NCBI GenBank assembly: GCA_964370375.1
Contig: CAYJIX010000006.1
Span: 321 to 64,320 of the forward strand
Direction: 5' to 3'
Origin: an uncultured Desulfovibrionaceae bacterium
GTDB taxonomy: Bacteria; Desulfobacterota; Desulfovibrionia; Desulfovibrionales; Desulfovibrionaceae
DNA length: 64,000 bases
Position 1 is the first letter of the stretch. Each line of letters starts with the position of its first letter. The notes beneath the pieces were generated by a model. It made no database searches. It worked only from the letters and a program-made list of their open reading frames with translations, and was not told where the DNA came from. The translations under genes and the position numbers were made by a program. Below are positions 28,777-37,608 of the stretch, one piece after another.

Positions 28777-30189
28777 ATGAGCACGACAGTTGATGGACTT
28801 AAACCAACAGAGTTGCCAGCTCCTTTGGAAGTAGGACAAAGCCTAGAGGTGGAAATTGAAGCTCTAACCGCAGACGGAAGGGCCCTTGCCAGAGTGCAAA
28901 ACATGGTGTTGTTTGTGGCAGGAGCTTTGCCACAAGAGCGCGTAAAGGTTAAAGTTACAGCCTTGCGCCGCCGTTATGCCGAAGCAGAGCTTGAAGAGAG
29001 TATAGTGCCGTCACCTGATGCTGTTCCTGCCATATGTCCGCATAAGGATTGTGGAGGATGCCCTTGGCAAGGCCTAAGCATGCCAGTACAGCATGTTTGG
29101 AAAGAGCGTTTTGTGCGCGATGCCTTTGCAAGGATAGCAGGCTTTACCGAACAGTTACCGCTTAAAGAATTACTGCCAAGCCCCCTTACATCTGCGTACC
29201 GTAATAAAATGGAATTTGCTTTTGGTTTTAATGCCGAAGGTGATATGGCCCTTGGTTTACGCGAAAGAGGGGCTCATATTATTGTAGAAGTCACAGAGTG
29301 TTTTTTACAAACGCCTTTGAGCATGCAGATTGTAGCATGGTTGCGAAAGGCCATACGCCCCATGTATGACAAGCTGCCGGTTTGGGATCCGAAAAGCCGT
29401 CAGGGTTTTTGGCGTTATGTGGTGATTCGGCAAAACAATGCGGAAGAAACACATGTGGAAATCATCACAGCAAGGCACCCTGAAGGCAACAATGCCCAAG
29501 TTGCAGTGGGGAAAGAATTGGCCCTTGGGCTGCGTCAAGCCTTTCCAAGCATTAAAGGTGTGGCGTTAAGTGAACGTGTGGCTTATGAAGATGTGGCCTA
29601 TAGCGAGTCTGTTCGTTACCGCCTTGGGGCGCAACATCTTGAGGAGCAGATCGGGCAGGTCATGTGCACGCTTGGGCCTATGGCTTTTTTGCAGGTCAAT
29701 AGCAAGGCAGCAGAGCAGATGTATTCACATATTGTGCAAACCCTTCAACTTGAAGGGGTAGAAACCGTATGGGATATGTATACAGGAGTGGGGGCCATTG
29801 GCCTAACGCTTGCTCCCTATGCAGGGCAAGTATTTGGCGTTGACAGTGCAGGGCCTGCCATTTCGCATGCCAAAGAGTGCGCACGGCGTATGGGTTTTGA
29901 GCATGTGCGTTTTTATGCAGGGGATGCTGCCAAGGTTGCGCACCGCTTGTCAAAGCCTCAGGTGATTGTCGTTGATCCGCCTCGTGCAGGACTTGACGAG
30001 GGCATGATAAAAACCGTTTTGCGCGTGCGCCCAAAGCGGCTTATGTACGTGTCATGTAATCCGGCAACCTTGGCTCGAGATGCCGCCCTTTTGAGCGAAA
30101 GTTTTAGCATAACCTCCGCACAGCCTGTGGACATGTTTCCTCACAGTCCCCATGTGGAGGTGTTGGCCTTGTTTGAGCGCAAGGCGTAA
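28777..30189 (+). CDS. rlmD: 23S rRNA (uracil-C5)-methyltransferase RlmD/RumA family
   Basis: TRAM-like N-terminus, Fe-S Cys cluster (CPHKDCGGCPWQ), C-terminal SAM-MTase with DPPRAG and VSCNPAT motifs. Confidence 0.85.
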   Translation: MSTTVDGLKPTELPAPLEVGQSLEVEIEALTADGRALARVQNMVLFVAGALPQERVKVKVTALRRRYAEAELEESIVPSPDAVPAICPHKDCGGCPWQGLSMPVQHVWKERFVRDAFARIAGFTEQLPLKELLPSPLTSAYRNKMEFAFGFNAEGDMALGLRERGAHIIVEVTECFLQTPLSMQIVAWLRKAIRPMYDKLPVWDPKSRQGFWRYVVIRQNNAEETHVEIITARHPEGNNAQVAVGKELALGLRQAFPSIKGVALSERVAYEDVAYSESVRYRLGAQHLEEQIGQVMCTLGPMAFLQVNSKAAEQMYSHIVQTLQLEGVETVWDMYTGVGAIGLTLAPYAGQVFGVDSAGPAISHAKECARRMGFEHVRFYAGDAAKVAHRLSKPQVIVVDPPRAGLDEGMIKTVLRVRPKRLMYVSCNPATLARDAALLSESFSITSAQPVDMFPHSPHVEVLALFERKA

Positions 30190-30200
30190 GCCTGCTCATA

Positions 30201-31307
30201 TTAAGGTATGACAATCTCTGTTTCTGAAGGGGGTATGGGGGGTGCAGGCAATGGCGCAAGCTCAGTTAAGGCTGCTTCCAAAGGTGTAATAGGGCTAGGC
30301 GGCTGAACTTGTTTGAGCTCTTTTGTAAAAAAGGCCAAAGCTTGTGTTGTTAATTGCGAAAAACTGTTTTGGCGTTCTTCATTTGAGGCAGCAAGGCACA
30401 ATTCCGGCATGGTTGCTTGTAAAGATGGGGCGCAAGGGGCCATAAGCGAAGCTGTGTTGGTGTAGCGCAGTACGGTAAACTGTCCCGAAAGGGGGAGGTT
30501 TGCGTATATAGCGTTGGCATGGTGAGGTGCCAAGTTTATTCTATCAAGGTCAGCCTGTGCCACAAGCACAGGCACATTCATGCCGGTAAGGCCTTCTTCT
30601 GTAAAAAACATGCCGTATCCAGGGGCCACAGCAGCCACTGCCTTTACACGCGGATCATGATAGGTTTGACCAAGCTTTGGTGTTTCAGCCATGCTTTGCA
30701 TAAGGGGTTTTGCCCATGGGCTACAATAGGGGTCAGCTGTTGTTGTACGTTGGCAGTACGAAGCCCATCCGCGCCTATCAAGGCGAGCACCTCCAAGCAA
30801 TAAGGCTGCGGCACCACCCGGGCCAACACCTAAAACTCCAATACGTTCTGCATCAATGAGCGGTGCTGCGACTGGCATATTGAGCAGGGACGTGATCAGG
30901 TTTTGTATTTCATTGGCGCGGTGATCAAGCAAGTGGGCAGAGAACAGATCGTCAAGGTTGTCGGTGTTGTCAAAGCGGTGGGTGACAGCCGCCACTACAA
31001 AGCCTTGACGGGTAAGCGCAATGGCCAAAGGGTGGAGCGATAGGCGCGATCCTGCACTATCATGAGAAAGCACAAGCAAAGGGAACTGCCCCTTTGCAGG
31101 GGCAGCACCATGTGCAGAACGAAACGTCCAATCTACATACCGTAAAACAGATGGGTTTCTATGGGCAGGATACCATAGTGCCACATCTACATATTCGTTT
31201 TCGCTTACAATATTGATACTGCGAAATCCGGGCGTTATGACCTGTTCGGCATGCCCCAATCCAAGAGTAAGAAAAAGCGAAAAAAGCACAATACACGCAC
31301 GAAGCAA
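30201..31307 (-). CDS. Secreted alpha/beta-hydrolase-fold protein (dienelactone hydrolase/PAF-acetylhydrolase-like), nucleophile apparently missing
   Basis: Signal peptide, PLLVLSHDSAGSR oxyanion-like segment. The expected G-x-S-x-G elbow reads GVGPG. Confidence 0.7.
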   Translation of the reverse strand: MLRACIVLFSLFLTLGLGHAEQVITPGFRSINIVSENEYVDVALWYPAHRNPSVLRYVDWTFRSAHGAAPAKGQFPLLVLSHDSAGSRLSLHPLAIALTRQGFVVAAVTHRFDNTDNLDDLFSAHLLDHRANEIQNLITSLLNMPVAAPLIDAERIGVLGVGPGGAAALLLGGARLDRRGWASYCQRTTTADPYCSPWAKPLMQSMAETPKLGQTYHDPRVKAVAAVAPGYGMFFTEEGLTGMNVPVLVAQADLDRINLAPHHANAIYANLPLSGQFTVLRYTNTASLMAPCAPSLQATMPELCLAASNEERQNSFSQLTTQALAFFTKELKQVQPPSPITPLEAALTELAPLPAPPIPPSETEIVIP

Positions 31308-31347
31308 AGCAAAAGGCTCCTATAGTGCCAATGCGGCATAGAACACG

Positions 31348-32277
31348 TTATTTCCGTAACGAGGAAAAAGCTCCAAGTTCAAACGGGGATTCTTGATAAA
31401 CACAGTAATTGAGCCAATTGGAAAAGAACAAGTGCGCATGGGCTCTCCAGCGTACTTGAGGGGCTTTATCTGTGTCGTCATTGGGATAATAGTGTTGCGG
31501 CGGCGCGATTTCCAATCCCTTATTAATGTCGCGGCGGTATTCTTTATCTAAAGTGTCGGCGTCGTACTCTAAATGGCCTGTCACAAAAACGCGGCGATTG
31601 TCGGTTGTACCCACAGCAAGCACGCCTGCCTCATCTGAATCAGCCAAGATTTCAAGCGCGCCTACGCGGCGGATGTCTTCACGGCGGATTTCTGTATAGC
31701 GCGAATGAGGGGAGGGAAACACGTCGTCAAATCCACGGAAAAGCTTGTGCCGTGGACGCATAAGGGTATGTTCGTAAACCCCTGAAAGCTTTTTTTCAAG
31801 GGGATATTTGGGAATGCCATACCAATAATTAAGCCCGGCTTGCGCCCCCCAGCAGATGCACAATGTGGAATGGACATGGGTGCTGGTGTATTGGAAAATG
31901 GCTTTAAGCTCATCCCAATAATCCACCTCGTCAAAGTCAAGCAATTCAACAGGCGCACCGGTGATGATCATCCCATCAAACGAGCGGTCTTTGATAGCGC
32001 TGAACGTGGTATAAAATTTTGCCAAATGTCCTGGGTCAGTATTTTTTGATTCGTGCGCTTCGGCCCGAACAAGGGTAATGTTTACCTGCAAAGGTGTATT
32101 GCCAAGGAGCCGTAACAGCTGGATTTCTGTGGCTATTTTTGTGGGCATCAAGTTGACAATGGCTATTTCAAGGGGTCTGATATCTTGACGTGTGGCTAAA
32201 GATTCGCTCATGACAAAAATGTTTTCGCCTTCAAGCACATGGCGTGCCGGCAAACCTTCAGGAATGTTAATGGGCAT
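31348..32277 (-). CDS. metA: Homoserine O-acyltransferase (MetA family)
   Basis: [12 protein letters not shown]-terminus, conserved ICWGAQ active-site Cys region, 309 aa. Confidence 0.93.
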   Translation of the reverse strand: MPINIPEGLPARHVLEGENIFVMSESLATRQDIRPLEIAIVNLMPTKIATEIQLLRLLGNTPLQVNITLVRAEAHESKNTDPGHLAKFYTTFSAIKDRSFDGMIITGAPVELLDFDEVDYWDELKAIFQYTSTHVHSTLCICWGAQAGLNYWYGIPKYPLEKKLSGVYEHTLMRPRHKLFRGFDDVFPSPHSRYTEIRREDIRRVGALEILADSDEAGVLAVGTTDNRRVFVTGHLEYDADTLDKEYRRDINKGLEIAPPQHYYPNDDTDKAPQVRWRAHAHLFFSNWLNYCVYQESPFELGAFSSLRK

Positions 32278-32639
32278 AGGTAGTTACCTCAAAAAAGTTG
32301 ATGAATTCGGTACAAAGCAGAAAGCAGATGTCATATTTTGAAACATACATTCTGCTTCATGCTAGCTTTCCTTAATAATTGTAAAAGATAAAAAAGTATA
32401 CGCACAGCTTATCATATCGTCAACACACAAAGACACACTAAGTACTTTAGGCATAAAGTTTGGACACAAAAAGTGCTACACGCAAAATGACTGCCCTAGC
32501 TGTTTTTATAATGTTTTGGCAAATCGTTACGATTCTTTGTCTTGTAACATAATAAAGGACATGCGCATGTTGACGATTGCTTTCAAGGGCAAGGAAGGCT
32601 ATAAGAAGGCCAGAACTTCTTCATATTAAGGAGCCTTAT

Positions 32640-34103
32640 ATGCGGCAAAGATCGTTTTTCCTTTTACATATCTTGATAGTATTAAGCCTAACGCTTTTAC
32701 TTGGCGCTTGCAAAGCGTCACAGAATCGCTCCACCTCAAGGGCTGAACCTTCACAAAAAACGCCGTATCCTGTGATCACAGGTACGGTAAGCTACCTTGA
32801 GCGCATGGCGTTGCCGCCTGATGCTGTGGTGTATGTTGACCTTTATGCAATGGTGCCGGGAGAAGCAACACGCATTGTCTCAACCCTTAGTCTTCCAACG
32901 GAAAAAGGTGGTATTCCGGTAGCTTTTCGTATTGTTCCAGAGGCGTTGCCCTCAGGTGGGAGTTACGCTGTGGGGGCAACCATTGAAGCTGCCGGGAAAA
33001 AATTGTTTGCCAGTCCAAAACCTTTTCCCATTGATATGAAGATGTTGCGCAGTGGCAAGCTTAAACCATTAGAAATTATTGTTAAAAGATATATCGAAGA
33101 GGCACAGTCAGCCCCCACGTACACACAAACTGCCAAATTTCCCGGCACGTTTACCGGGCGTGCCGATACGCCGGAAGGTTCATTGCAAATGACCTTGTTT
33201 GTGCTGCCAAATCATGTGTTTGTGCTACGCGGTGAAGCTGGCAATACAGTACGTTACCAAATGAGTGGGCGTTGGCACCTTGTCTATAATGGCACAAGTT
33301 TGCAACTGGCAAGCCCGGGTTTATGGCCCATACGATTGCCCATCCTTGCTGACGGTTCCTTAGTTTTGCGTGAAATACCTGCCGATGACAAAGGCGTTAC
33401 AGGCCAGCATCTTGGCATGCTACGTATGGTGCCTGTGCCGCCCAATGCCAAGCTGGCATCCCCTTGGCCTCAAACGCGCACGATGACCGGCTTATACCAT
33501 CATACCGGCACACAAGGTTTTATCCGCGATTGCGCCACGGCAGAACAGTTTCAGCTTATGGGTGGGCCTGATGCCATGCAGCTTGAAGCCGCCTACCAAA
33601 AGGAAAAGGCAGCAGGCGCGCCACTGCTTGTGACTGCCAGCGTGAGCTTGCCTCCTATTGAACCTGTGGACAAAGGGGATTATGACGTGTTGCGCGTGGA
33701 AGCATTTATTTCCATGAAAAATGCCCAATGCCCTGCCACAACCACGGGCTCTGCTAAGGACTTGTTGGGCGACGGACGTTGGAAGCTTTTGGAAGCGTAT
33801 GGGCAAAAAGTAGCAATACTGGATAATTTCCCTGAGCCGCATCTGGTTTTTGAGGCTTCAACAGACAAACTTTTTGGTTCTGACGGGTGCAATAATTTTT
33901 TTGGTGCCTTTAGCGTAAAGGATGCAGGCATGTCTTTTTCAAACATGGGCTCAACCATGAAAATGTGCCCGGAAGTGGACCAGCAGGCTATGCGTATACA
34001 ACGCCTTTGGCAGGACGTGGATGGCTGGCGCGTTTTTGGGCAGATTCTTGAGCTGACAAGCCATGGCGAAGTTGTGGCTATTTTTGAACGCGTTGCCCTG
34101 TAG
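32640..34103 (+). CDS. Lipoprotein with YbaY-like N-terminal domain and C-terminal META (HslJ-like) domain
   Basis: ATG 32640 (MRQRSFF..., lipobox LLGAC, AAGGAG RBS). YbaY-like segment ITGTVSYLERMALPPDAVVYVDL. META-like C-terminus GRWKLLEAYGQ...GCNNFFG. Confidence 0.72.
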   Translation: MRQRSFFLLHILIVLSLTLLLGACKASQNRSTSRAEPSQKTPYPVITGTVSYLERMALPPDAVVYVDLYAMVPGEATRIVSTLSLPTEKGGIPVAFRIVPEALPSGGSYAVGATIEAAGKKLFASPKPFPIDMKMLRSGKLKPLEIIVKRYIEEAQSAPTYTQTAKFPGTFTGRADTPEGSLQMTLFVLPNHVFVLRGEAGNTVRYQMSGRWHLVYNGTSLQLASPGLWPIRLPILADGSLVLREIPADDKGVTGQHLGMLRMVPVPPNAKLASPWPQTRTMTGLYHHTGTQGFIRDCATAEQFQLMGGPDAMQLEAAYQKEKAAGAPLLVTASVSLPPIEPVDKGDYDVLRVEAFISMKNAQCPATTTGSAKDLLGDGRWKLLEAYGQKVAILDNFPEPHLVFEASTDKLFGSDGCNNFFGAFSVKDAGMSFSNMGSTMKMCPEVDQQAMRIQRLWQDVDGWRVFGQILELTSHGEVVAIFERVAL

Positions 34104-34117
34104 GTGTTGAGGAAAAA

Positions 34118-34849
34118 ATGCATACATTCACTCATGATTCCGCCTTGTTACTTTTTTCAGGTGGGCAAGATTCATCCATCTCACTAGCTTGGGCGTTAAA
34201 CCGATTCAGTAAGGTCTATACTCTTGGCTTTAGCTACGGGCAACGCCATCATGTGGAAATGAGCTGCCGCACGAGCGTGCGTGACGCTGTTGATTGCATG
34301 CACCCGCATTGGCACAAACGCTTGGCAGACGATACGATTTTAGACAGCACCTTGTTTACCCAAATTGGCGAAACTGCCATGACCAGCGGCATGGCCATTG
34401 CTTTTTCAGAACAGGGCTTGCCCAATACTTTTGTGCCAGGGCGTAACCTTCTTTTCTTAACAGTTGCAGCAGCCCTTGCCTACAGAAAAAAGGTGCCGCA
34501 CTTGATCCTTGGCGTTTGTGAAGCAGATTATTCCGGATACCCCGATTGCCGTGACACCACCATCAAAGCCATGCAAGTTGCCCTTAGCCTAGGTATGGAT
34601 ACAGCCCTTACCATCCATACACCGCTCATGTGGCTGACTAAAGCTGAAAGCTGGCATTTGGCCCATGAGGAAGGTGGGGAAGGCTTTGTAAAGCTTGTGC
34701 TTGAAGAATCCCACACCTGCTACCTAGGCACTAGAGATACGCGCCATGCGTGGGGTTATGGTTGTGGCACATGCCCTGCTTGTACATTGCGCGCCAAAGG
34801 CTGGGAGCAGTATGTAGCAGGTATGCACACAGGAGCAGAGGGGGCATGA
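34118..34849 (+). CDS. queC: 7-Cyano-7-deazaguanine synthase
   Basis: LLFSGGQDSS PP-loop and C-terminal Zn Cys cluster CGTCPAC. Confidence 0.93.
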   Translation: MHTFTHDSALLLFSGGQDSSISLAWALNRFSKVYTLGFSYGQRHHVEMSCRTSVRDAVDCMHPHWHKRLADDTILDSTLFTQIGETAMTSGMAIAFSEQGLPNTFVPGRNLLFLTVAAALAYRKKVPHLILGVCEADYSGYPDCRDTTIKAMQVALSLGMDTALTIHTPLMWLTKAESWHLAHEEGGEGFVKLVLEESHTCYLGTRDTRHAWGYGCGTCPACTLRAKGWEQYVAGMHTGAEGA

Positions 34850-35538
34850 GCGTGAACCTAGCTGCCCAAGATCGTTCTGTGTTTCAGGTGCAAGAGATTT
34901 TTTACTCCTTACAAGGTGAAGGACGCCATGCAGGACGTGCTGCCGTGTTTTGCCGTTTTGTTGGCTGCAATCTATGGACAGGCCGCGAAGAAGACCGCGC
35001 CACAGCAAAATGTCGCTTTTGTGACACCACGTTTATAGGTGCAACAGGAGAGAAGGGCGGTAGTTATACAGAAGAGGAACTTGTAAAGACACTCTGCGCC
35101 ATGCATCCAAGGGGGCTTGGGCATGATCAGACAAAAAAAGGGCGCCCACTCCTTGTTTTTACAGGGGGTGAGCCTGCGTTGCAATTAACGGCCAGCCTGC
35201 TTTCGCGTCTGCGGCATAGCGGCTTTGAACTGAGTGTAGAAACCAACGGAACCTTGCCTTTACCGGATGGTCTTGACTGGATTACGGTAAGTCCCAAGGC
35301 AGGTACAAAAATCGTGGTCACACATGGCCACGAGCTCAAGCTTGTTTGGCCGCAACCGAACGCTGCAGCAGACTTTACGCCCGAACAATTTGTAAATTTG
35401 GATTTTGCATACTTTACTCTTCAGCCGTGTGACGGGCCTTGCGTGCAGCAAAATACCATGCAATGCCTCACCTATTGTTTACAGCACCCCGTGTGGCATT
35501 TGGGATTGCAGTTGCATAAAATTGTGCAAATTCCCTAA
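34846..35538 (+). CDS. queE: 7-Carboxy-7-deazaguanine synthase (radical SAM)
   Basis: ATGA overlap with the queC stop. EIFYSLQGEG motif and a C-x14-C-x2-C cluster (CNLWTGREEDRATAKCRFC). Confidence 0.9.
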   Translation: MSVNLAAQDRSVFQVQEIFYSLQGEGRHAGRAAVFCRFVGCNLWTGREEDRATAKCRFCDTTFIGATGEKGGSYTEEELVKTLCAMHPRGLGHDQTKKGRPLLVFTGGEPALQLTASLLSRLRHSGFELSVETNGTLPLPDGLDWITVSPKAGTKIVVTHGHELKLVWPQPNAAADFTPEQFVNLDFAYFTLQPCDGPCVQQNTMQCLTYCLQHPVWHLGLQLHKIVQIP

Positions 35539-35567
35539 TGATCATGATTTATTGTAAGAATACCGTA

Positions 35568-35858
35568 GCCGCCTGTTGAAAAAATCCTTTGTAAAAGAGC
35601 TTGACGAAAATATCAGCGTATCATTTTTCCGCAGGCTTATCAAAAAATTCCCTCTTCGATAACGATGCGAGGAAGGAACGTTACGGAGACAGACAGCAAC
35701 GCTATGCGCTTTTCAGTCGACCGTCTGGACAGGCTGTTCAAAAAGTGCTGGAGGCGCGGCAAGCGAAGTTTTTTTCTTACGGCATAGGACTCTTCGGTCC
35801 ATGCCGGAAGAAAAAACAAGCTTAACAAAGTATACTGCGCTTTTTCAACAGCCTGTTA
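35568..35858. repeat. Dispersed mosaic intergenic repeat, copy B (inverted relative to copies A and C)
   Basis: Bounded by CCTGTTGAAAAAA (35572..) and TTTTTCAACAGCCTGT (35841..35856). Contains the hairpin module CGGCATAGGAC-TCTTCG-GTCCATGCCG (35780..35806) and the CGTTACGGAGACAGACAGCAACGC module shared with the other copies. Confidence 0.7.
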
Positions 35859-35872
35859 GGTATGGAGAATAT

Positions 35873-37432
35873 ATGTCCTACTACCCCCCCCTACCGTTAC
35901 CAGCAGAAATGAACGAATGGGATAATCGCGCCAAAGATATGGGCCTTATGCCTTTTGCACTTATGGAAAACGCAGCGCGCGAAGCCCTGGCAGTGCTTGC
36001 AAGTGCCTACGGATGTTTAGAAGGGGCAAAGGTCCTGCTTTTTATGGGCAGTGGCAACAATGGCGGTGATGCAGCTGCCCTTGCAAGGCACCTTCTTGAT
36101 GCACAAGCAGAAGTTTTGGTTGTCCATAGTCGCCCCTTGGCAAAATATAGTGGCATAACAAAACAGCATTTGACCTTAGCCAAACGCTGTGGTGTTGCCT
36201 TTCAATCGGCGCAATCGTGGTTGACGGCTAAGGGCGCGCCGGCGTTTGTTCCACATATTGTAGTGGATGGTTTATTGGGTACAGGGCTTGGCGGAAATGT
36301 GCGCGAGGCAGAATTAGCTCTTATTCAACAGATCAACCTTCTGGCCGCTGGGAGCTTTGTATTGGCATTGGATATCCCCTCAGGCTTGTCCGGTAGCACA
36401 GGAGAACCAATGCCGGAAGCTGTGCGTGCAAAGGTTACTGTAACCTTTGAAGCGGCAAAACCGGGGCTTGTCCTGCCAAACGCTCGCCCATGGGTGGGTG
36501 ATTTGCACGTGCGGCCCATTGGTATTCCACGGGTTATTCGTTCACTTGCTCCGGCTTCGTGGCAGCTCATATCCTCTGCCTGTGTAAGGGCTGTGCCCCA
36601 ACCTCGATTTGATTGGCATAAAGGGCGTGCCGGACATGTACTTATTGTAGGTGGCAGTGAAGGCCTTATGGGCGCGCCCATGCTTGCCGCAAAAGCAGCT
36701 CTGCGTTCCGGGTGTGGCCTTGTAACGCATGCTGCACCAAAGGGTTGTTTTGAGCAGTGCGGTAGCGATTGGCCGGATATCATGCGTTTGCCCTTGCCGG
36801 GGAATGAATGGAACCATAACCAGCTTGAGGCCGTTTTTACCAAGCTTGAACAATGCGCAGCTCTCGTTTTAGGTCCGGGTATTGGGCGCAGTGTCAACAC
36901 CGTTGCCTTTGTGCAGCGACTGCTACAGCATAAAAACCGTCCAGCGGCGGTGGTGGATGCCGATGCTTTGCATGCACTGACATTTGATGCTTCGTCTGAC
37001 AATGGCTTTGCATGCCTTCGATCTGACGATGTGATCACGCCGCACCCCGGAGAGGCTGCCAGACTGCTTGGCACCACAAGTGCACAAATTCAGGCAGACC
37101 GTTTTGCAGCCTTGCATGCCCTAATGGAAAAAAGTCCTGCTGTATGCCTGCTTAAAGGCGCAGGAACCCTTGTGGGGCAAAAGGGTAAGGTGGGGGCCAT
37201 TTCGCCCCATGCCAATCCCTGCCTTGCTGTTGCAGGTTCCGGCGATGTGCTTTCTGGTTGTATTGGTGCTTTACTTGCCCAAGGGATAGAAGGTTATGAC
37301 GCAGCGTGTGCCGCTGTGCAGCTTCATGCCATGGCAGGTTCATTCATGGCCAAAACATACCCTTTGCGCGGCAATACGGCCTCACAATTGGCTGACGCGC
37401 TGCCTTTGGTTTATCAATACGACACAGTTTAA
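35873..37432 (+). CDS. nnr: Bifunctional NAD(P)H-hydrate repair enzyme (epimerase/ADP-dependent dehydratase)
   Basis: YjeF-N (GSGNNGGDA) and YjeF-C carbohydrate-kinase domains (GPGIG, AVAGSGDVLSG). ATG 35873 with a GGAGAA RBS is preferred over track start 35801, which lies inside the repeat. Confidence 0.9.
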   Translation: MSYYPPLPLPAEMNEWDNRAKDMGLMPFALMENAAREALAVLASAYGCLEGAKVLLFMGSGNNGGDAAALARHLLDAQAEVLVVHSRPLAKYSGITKQHLTLAKRCGVAFQSAQSWLTAKGAPAFVPHIVVDGLLGTGLGGNVREAELALIQQINLLAAGSFVLALDIPSGLSGSTGEPMPEAVRAKVTVTFEAAKPGLVLPNARPWVGDLHVRPIGIPRVIRSLAPASWQLISSACVRAVPQPRFDWHKGRAGHVLIVGGSEGLMGAPMLAAKAALRSGCGLVTHAAPKGCFEQCGSDWPDIMRLPLPGNEWNHNQLEAVFTKLEQCAALVLGPGIGRSVNTVAFVQRLLQHKNRPAAVVDADALHALTFDASSDNGFACLRSDDVITPHPGEAARLLGTTSAQIQADRFAALHALMEKSPAVCLLKGAGTLVGQKGKVGAISPHANPCLAVAGSGDVLSGCIGALLAQGIEGYDAACAAVQLHAMAGSFMAKTYPLRGNTASQLADALPLVYQYDTV

Positions 37433-37571
37433 TTGTAAACACGTGCCTTGTTTTTTAGCATAGGCTCATGAAAACCGCTTTTTTTTACGCACATGAATAG
37501 TTCAGAATATAACGCGAAAAAACTATATATGCCGATAGTAAAAAAACATTCAAAAAAGTTGAAAAAAAAGC

Positions 37572-37601
37572 TTGACTCGTTCAAGCATCTTGCCGTATAA
37601 A
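37572..37601 (+). promoter_or_regulatory. Sigma70-type promoter preceding the S10 operon leader
   Basis: TTGACT (37572..37577), 18-nt spacer, TATAAA (37596..37601), with an A-rich UP-like tract upstream (GTTGAAAAAAAAG). Confidence 0.6.
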
Positions 37602-37608
37602 TCTTTTT

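Noticed and set aside
32278-32639. Possible SAM riboswitch in the metA leader, or preQ1 riboswitch ahead of the lipoprotein-queC-queE operon.
   Set aside because: I could not find the conserved cores of the SAM-I, SAM-II or preQ1 classes by eye. Only a generic hairpin is present (AAGCAGA...TCTGCTT). This is left unannotated and needs a covariance-model scan.
35601-35828. Small ORFs inside the dispersed repeats (35601..35825 +, 35640..35828 -, 61274..61519 +, 25304..25528 -).
   Set aside because: They overlap each other on both strands. They are not conserved as proteins between repeat copies, because the copies differ by indels. They also lack RBS. The nucleotide-level and structural similarity explains them better.
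36325-37077. 250-aa minus-strand ORF antisense to nnr. Similar long antisense ORFs include 46020..46610, 43749..44267, 23881..24492, 16019..16528, 56773..57276, 24793..25260, 33680..34135, 62465..62953 and 63583..63948.
   Set aside because: Each lies entirely inside a well-supported conserved gene on the opposite strand. They have no RBS and show the Arg/Ser/Ala/Pro-rich composition typical of antisense frames.
37531-37538. GCCGATAG resembling a sigma28 -10 element upstream of the S10 promoter.
   Set aside because: There is no matching -35 TAAA at the proper distance. A strong sigma70-type promoter lies 35 nt downstream, so this is likely a chance match in an AT-rich UP region.
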